Shown here: positions 16,074 to 20,285 of the stretch, one piece after another
Position numbering within the stretch: the stretch's first letter is position 1
Layout: every line of letters starts with the position of its first letter
Assembly (NCBI GenBank): GCA_964236955.1
Contig: CAXSGP010000087.1
Location: 1-20,285, forward strand
Source of the DNA: an uncultured Oligoflexus sp.
GTDB taxonomy: Bacteria; Bdellovibrionota_B; Oligoflexia; Oligoflexales; Oligoflexaceae
Reading direction: 5' to 3'
DNA: 20,285 bases
Made by a program: the position numbers and the translations under genes
Notes under the pieces: model-generated
What the model saw: only the letters and a program-made list of their open reading frames with translations
The model's database searches: none
Told to the model about the DNA's origin: nothing

Positions 16074-16315
16074 TAGTGGCAAAGGGCCTATAGCGAAAAA
16101 AGCCATCAAGAGTCAAGAGTTCCACGCTCTTCCTCAGCTCGCCTTACCGTTGTGTCATCAGTCTCGTCCTTAGGCCTACGGCAAGTAAAAAGATCCTCGC
16201 AATTGCCGACCAAGCCCTTCCATAGGTTGCTCCAAAATCTGATTTTAAAAATAATTTTGTGGTTATGGTTAGTTTATAGAAATCTCCTTCCGTGGGCCGA
16301 GGTTGGACCAGAAAC

Positions 16316-16343
16316 AAAAAAAGGCCCGGCGTATAGCCAGACC
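16316..16343 (-). terminator. Intrinsic terminator of the VWA lipoprotein gene
   Basis: Minus strand GGUCUGGC-UAUAC-GCCGGGCC-UUUUUUU, 23 nt after the stop. Confidence 0.8.
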
Positions 16344-16366
16344 GATGAGACCGCTAAGCATGGCTG

Positions 16367-17386
16367 TTATCGGCTTGTAACCTGATAACTTACTGAAACC
16401 GTCGTTCCGAAGGCGGCTTCCGAGCCCTTTTTAAAGACCAGAGATTGCCCATTGACTGTATAGTCGCCTTCGGTGATGGCTGAGCCATCGGTTTTGCTGC
16501 CGCTTACGATAACCGTTCCCACGTCGGGAATTTGCTGAAGCGTGTAAAAGTTGCTTGCGAGTTTTGCGATGCTTTTGGAGATCAGTTCCAAAGTGGGTTT
16601 ATAGGTCTGCTCACAGACCCTTCCATAGTTGATCGTCCCCGAAACGTTTTTATAATCAAGCAAGGTCTGATAGCGGGTCCCGATCGTCGCGTTGGGCACG
16701 TTGCAGGGTGCTGAGGGTGGTGAGAAAATCGCATAGAATCCAGCATTAACACCCACCGTGCGCGCCATATCCTGTTCGACATAGTTAATCAGAGGAATCG
16801 TAAAGTCCTCGCGACTGCCGTCCTCTTCGTCCGTAACAATCAGCACGGCTATCGACGAACCGGGGCGCACCCATTTATTTTCACGACATTCCAGACCAAT
16901 TTTTGCCTGCCGAATCCCTTGTTCATCACTACTGCCCGAAGTGCCGGCAACCACGGCATCGTTAAACTTCCGTTCGCGGTTCTGATCGCTACTTTTGATC
17001 AGTTTAAGCTTGCAGCTTTCGTTGCCGTTGCTCGTTTGCAAGGAGGTCGTGATCACCCCTATCTGCCAGTCGGTGTCGGCCAGGGCCACGAGAAGGGCAC
17101 TGAGTTTGGTGGAAAGGTTATTTTGATAGGGCCGCATAGAGCCCGAGTCATCGATGACGATCAGGATATCGGCAGTTCCTGTCGCTTCCGATTGAATAAA
17201 GGACTCGTCGATCGACCGCACCGTGCGGGAGCTGGGATCAAGAATTTTTTCGACATTGGGGTCCTCGTTCGAGCTATAGTCAGCTGGTACTTTTGCCACT
17301 TCCCCTTTAAACCCTGGCTGCTGACTACACGCCATCAACGTCAGGCTTATGATAAATGGCCGAAGATGAACAGACTTGATGATCAT
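16367..17386 (-). CDS. von Willebrand factor A (VWA) domain lipoprotein
   Basis: Lipobox LMAC; MIDAS motif DILIVIDDSGSM; WQIGVITT, EQG, VLIVTDEED; C-terminal beta-rich domain. Confidence 0.88.
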   Translation of the reverse strand: MIIKSVHLRPFIISLTLMACSQQPGFKGEVAKVPADYSSNEDPNVEKILDPSSRTVRSIDESFIQSEATGTADILIVIDDSGSMRPYQNNLSTKLSALLVALADTDWQIGVITTSLQTSNGNESCKLKLIKSSDQNRERKFNDAVVAGTSGSSDEQGIRQAKIGLECRENKWVRPGSSIAVLIVTDEEDGSREDFTIPLINYVEQDMARTVGVNAGFYAIFSPPSAPCNVPNATIGTRYQTLLDYKNVSGTINYGRVCEQTYKPTLELISKSIAKLASNFYTLQQIPDVGTVIVSGSKTDGSAITEGDYTVNGQSLVFKKGSEAAFGTTVSVSYQVTSR

Positions 17387-17440
17387 GAGAACAATTCCCC
17401 CGAATAGCGAATAAGCTAGCCTTACAAGCGGTCACCTTAT

Positions 17441-17468
17441 TAATCGGTAGCCGGCGCGGCGATCTTGA
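17441..17468 (-). promoter_or_regulatory. Putative sigma-28 promoter of the VWA gene
   Basis: Minus strand TCAAG-N15-ACCGATTA, about 55 nt upstream of the ATG. Confidence 0.45.
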
Positions 17469-17806
17469 GCCTTCCCGACAATCCACAAAAATAGCCAGTT
17501 GCTTCAGTCTCTTAACGAAGGCTCTGGGCGGTAATCCCTATTTTTTACTTTAGGTAAGTTTTCAGTTCACCCGGAGTAATTGCGAAAATGTCTTTCCCCT
17601 AAGGCATAAGGCCATTGTCCTGCCTCACCAGGATAGTTCACTTTCATCCCCCCCCCGGCTACGAAGTGGACTGGGCTTTGCTTAGGAAGGCGCTGCGTTT
17701 CAGGTGGAAGCGCTTGCTTTTTGGGATTGCGTGGCTATAGCATGAAACATCTATGACGAAGTCCATGGCCAGCTGAGAACCCCACCAAGGAAGGGACCTT
17801 TGACCT

Positions 17807-19258
17807 ATGAGCAGTATCCTTTACGAGCAGAGTCTCCGCTTTAAAAGATCTCTCGCCTTTGTGTTTTCTTACCTGGCCGATCTCAGCCATGGATCGGATT
17901 GGGCACCAAGTGTGACCAGCGCCTCGAAAACAACGCCTGGGCCGGTGCGTATCGGCACGCATTTCGATATTCAGATGCGTTTTGCCTTTTCCCAGTTGAC
18001 GCTCGACTATCATGTGACGGCATTGGATGAACCGCACTATATCGAACTCAAGGGCAAAGGCGAGACCTTCAGCATAGTCGAGAGGATTCGCCTGGAAGGC
18101 GATGAGGACCATTGCCACATTCAGTATCAGATCGAGGTCTATTATCAGGATCCGCTGGCAAAGCTCGTCAGGTTCCTGTCGCCGTTCGTCAAGGCCAGCT
18201 TGAAGAAAGACCTTCAATATCTGCAAAAAGCCCTCGATCAGCAGCCTACCTATTGGAGGCCCAGCCTATGGACGCGGATGCGCGACAGCTTGGTGGTGCC
18301 CGCTATGATGCACTTTAGCAATAAGGGCTATATTGCCTCGAAGGAGCGCTGGATCGGGGTGACGGAAGATCTCAGAGATAAAAATATATTGATCACGGGC
18401 CCGACCTCGGGGATAGGAGCAGCGACCGCTCGTCAGCTGGCCAAACTCGGTGCCCAGTTGATCTTTGTGTGTCGAAATGAAAAAAAGGCTCAGCACTTTT
18501 CGGAGGTCCTTGTGGCCGAAGGCTGCCGAAAGCCTATCATTGAGATCGCCGACATCAGTCTGGTGCAGGAGGCGGAGGCGCTGGTCGAGCGTCTGTTGAC
18601 GCGGGGTTTGCCGATCCATGTCTTGATCAACAACGCTGGAGCGCTTTTCAATCAGCGTTCGGTAAGTCCCGAAGGCCTTGAGTTATCCTTTGCCACCCTT
18701 CTTCTCGGCCCCTTTGTCCTGACCGAAAAGCTGCATCCCCTGCTTAAAAAGGCCGGCAAGTCCCGGGTGATCAATGTCTCCTCGGGCGGCATGTACACCC
18801 AGGCCCTTGCGCTCGACGATATGGAATTTGAAAAAGAGGATTACAATGGCGACAAGGCCTTTGCCCGCGCCAAACGCGGCCTTGTGGATATGACCGCAGT
18901 CTGGGCGGAGCGTTGGAGGGATGATGGCATCACGGTGCATGCCATGCATCCCGGGTGGGCCGACACGCCGGGCACTTCGCAGGCGATGCCGCGCTTTTAC
19001 GATTGGGCCAAGGCCTGGCTGCGGACCCCTGAGCAAGGCGCCGATACCGTGACCTGGCTCGCGGCTTCAAGGGAAGCGACGGAGACGAGCGGCCTGTTCT
19101 GGCTCGACCGTACCCCGCACAGCACCAGCATGATCCCGGGCACCCGCAGTGCCCTGCGGCATCAGAATCTTCTGGCGCAAAAACTGGGAGAATACCATCA
19201 GCGCCTCGCGCCCGTTTATGCTGAGATCAAGGTCAGCGCTTCGGCGAGAACCCCATAA
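17807..19258 (+). CDS. SRPBCC (polyketide cyclase/CoxG-like) domain fused to a DHRS12-like short-chain dehydrogenase/reductase
   Basis: N-terminal VFSYLADLSHGSDWAPSV (SRPBCC); SDR motifs ITGPTSGIG, INNAG, VINVSSGG, MHPGWADTPG, QGADTVTWLA. The YxxxK motif reads FARAK. Confidence 0.9.
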   Translation: MSSILYEQSLRFKRSLAFVFSYLADLSHGSDWAPSVTSASKTTPGPVRIGTHFDIQMRFAFSQLTLDYHVTALDEPHYIELKGKGETFSIVERIRLEGDEDHCHIQYQIEVYYQDPLAKLVRFLSPFVKASLKKDLQYLQKALDQQPTYWRPSLWTRMRDSLVVPAMMHFSNKGYIASKERWIGVTEDLRDKNILITGPTSGIGAATARQLAKLGAQLIFVCRNEKKAQHFSEVLVAEGCRKPIIEIADISLVQEAEALVERLLTRGLPIHVLINNAGALFNQRSVSPEGLELSFATLLLGPFVLTEKLHPLLKKAGKSRVINVSSGGMYTQALALDDMEFEKEDYNGDKAFARAKRGLVDMTAVWAERWRDDGITVHAMHPGWADTPGTSQAMPRFYDWAKAWLRTPEQGADTVTWLAASREATETSGLFWLDRTPHSTSMIPGTRSALRHQNLLAQKLGEYHQRLAPVYAEIKVSASARTP

Positions 19259-20244
19259 CGTTCGCAGGATTTTAGCTGCATGCTGACGATCGGTCCTGGA
19301 CCGGTCCAATCGATCGAGAGCAGGCCGTAGTTACGTGAGCCTATAGTGGCACTGATACGGCCGCTATGGGGTAGCTTCACATAGGTTGAATGAGTCAGAC
19401 CGCTCGACATGGCCTCGTGTATGATCTTACCTGAGGGTAATCTTACGCGATAGAGTTCAGCAAAGTGACGATCGCCGCTGAGCAGGACGGTGGGAAGCCC
19501 AGTCATTGCCAAAGCCTCATAAAGACGGCGGCGCTCGCTTGGATAGGAGGCCCAACCTTCCAGGCCAAGAAGCGAGATATTGCTCGTTACGGCAAGGCTG
19601 GAGCCGACGATCAAAAGGTCGGCCGTGCTGCTGCGTAGCTCCTGCTCAAGCCACTGCCATTGTGTTTCACCGAGCAGGCGGGACTCGTTAAGGCTCTGGT
19701 TCCTATTGTAACGCAGATCGAGGAGAAGGATCTGGGTCCTTTGCCCCTTTGGCCCAAAGCAGTACGACTGGTAGATGCCGTCCTGCTGCCTGGTCTCCGA
19801 GTCTTTAGCGATGTCCATAAAATCACAAAAGAGGGCTTGGCTTTCCTCACGGCTCCAAAATGATCCGTCGCAATTATTGTATCCGAAATCGTGATCGTCC
19901 CAGGTGCCAATGACGGGTGTATTGGCTCGAAATTCTTGATATAATTGATGCTTTTTAAGCGCTGCATAACGGCCTTCACGCTGCTTCAGCGTCGTCTGGT
20001 CAGCGTAGATATTATCGCCCATCCAGATCCAGAGATCCGGCTTATCCCGATTGATCAGAGGCCAATAGCTCATATCGAGCGCTGAGTTATTGCAGGAGCC
20101 GAAGGCCAGGCTTCGAAGCGGCTTATCTTCGAGCGTGCTGAGGGCTTCGGCATTGCTTGCACCGGCTTGGGCCAGGAGCTTCGGCGACAGGATAAGACTT
20201 GCAGCGGCGGCTGAACCTAGACGCAGAAACGCTCTTCGCTCCAT
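19216..20244 (-). CDS. phoD: Alkaline phosphatase D family protein, Tat-exported
   Basis: Twin-arginine signal MERRAFLR; motifs AFGSCN, WMGDNIYAD, GTWDDHDFG, LLDLRY, LLGETQWQWL, LSGDRH. Confidence 0.92.
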   Translation of the reverse strand: MERRAFLRLGSAAAASLILSPKLLAQAGASNAEALSTLEDKPLRSLAFGSCNNSALDMSYWPLINRDKPDLWIWMGDNIYADQTTLKQREGRYAALKKHQLYQEFRANTPVIGTWDDHDFGYNNCDGSFWSREESQALFCDFMDIAKDSETRQQDGIYQSYCFGPKGQRTQILLLDLRYNRNQSLNESRLLGETQWQWLEQELRSSTADLLIVGSSLAVTSNISLLGLEGWASYPSERRRLYEALAMTGLPTVLLSGDRHFAELYRVRLPSGKIIHEAMSSGLTHSTYVKLPHSGRISATIGSRNYGLLSIDWTGPGPIVSMQLKSCERYGVLAEALTLISA

Positions 20245-20285
20245 CTGGACCTCGCATTGGGGGGCAGTTTTGATATCGACTGATA

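Noticed and set aside
16367..16393. Perfect GCCGATAA on the minus strand at the VWA stop codon
   Set aside because: Explained by the codons Ser-Arg-stop; the -35 spacing is 14 and a terminator follows within about 25 nt.
17648..17656. C9 homopolymer as a phase-variation tract
   Set aside because: Intergenic and not between recognisable promoter elements; no evidence of length variation from a single sequence.
17771..17806. GCTGAGA...TGACCT resembling a TPP riboswitch
   Set aside because: No GGGG P2 arm and no P4/P5 consensus; it runs directly into the start codon.

Overview
Chromosomal bacterial window with no mobile element, CRISPR array, rRNA or tRNA that I can support. The gene content (two TIGR02147-like HTH proteins, a VWA lipoprotein, an McrA-like HNH nuclease, several sigma-28-type promoter motifs) suggests Bdellovibrionota/Oligoflexia or a related lineage; this is inference. 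Left to right: 5' part of an EamA/DMT transporter (-); an ~800-bp intergenic region with an orphan minus-strand terminator; a short TIGR02147-like HTH protein; a membrane-anchored Pro/Lys/Ala-rich protein; an XRE-HTH regulator followed by a small secreted protein; a tightly packed four-gene minus-strand envelope operon (c-type heme lipoprotein, ~1120-aa AsmA/YdbH-like protein, 84-aa lipoprotein, 1129-aa TolB-propeller/TPR protein); an acyl-CoA dehydrogenase; a candidate ~113-nt structured small RNA (-) whose sigma-70-type promoter overlaps a perfect sigma-28 promoter facing an HNH gene; an HtrA/Deg protease; a VWA lipoprotein; an SRPBCC-SDR fusion with Phe at the catalytic Tyr position; and a Tat-exported PhoD phosphatase. 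The best leads are the envelope operon and the sRNA/sigma-28/HNH divergon. All family calls and RNA folds were made by eye; no searches or folding programs were run.
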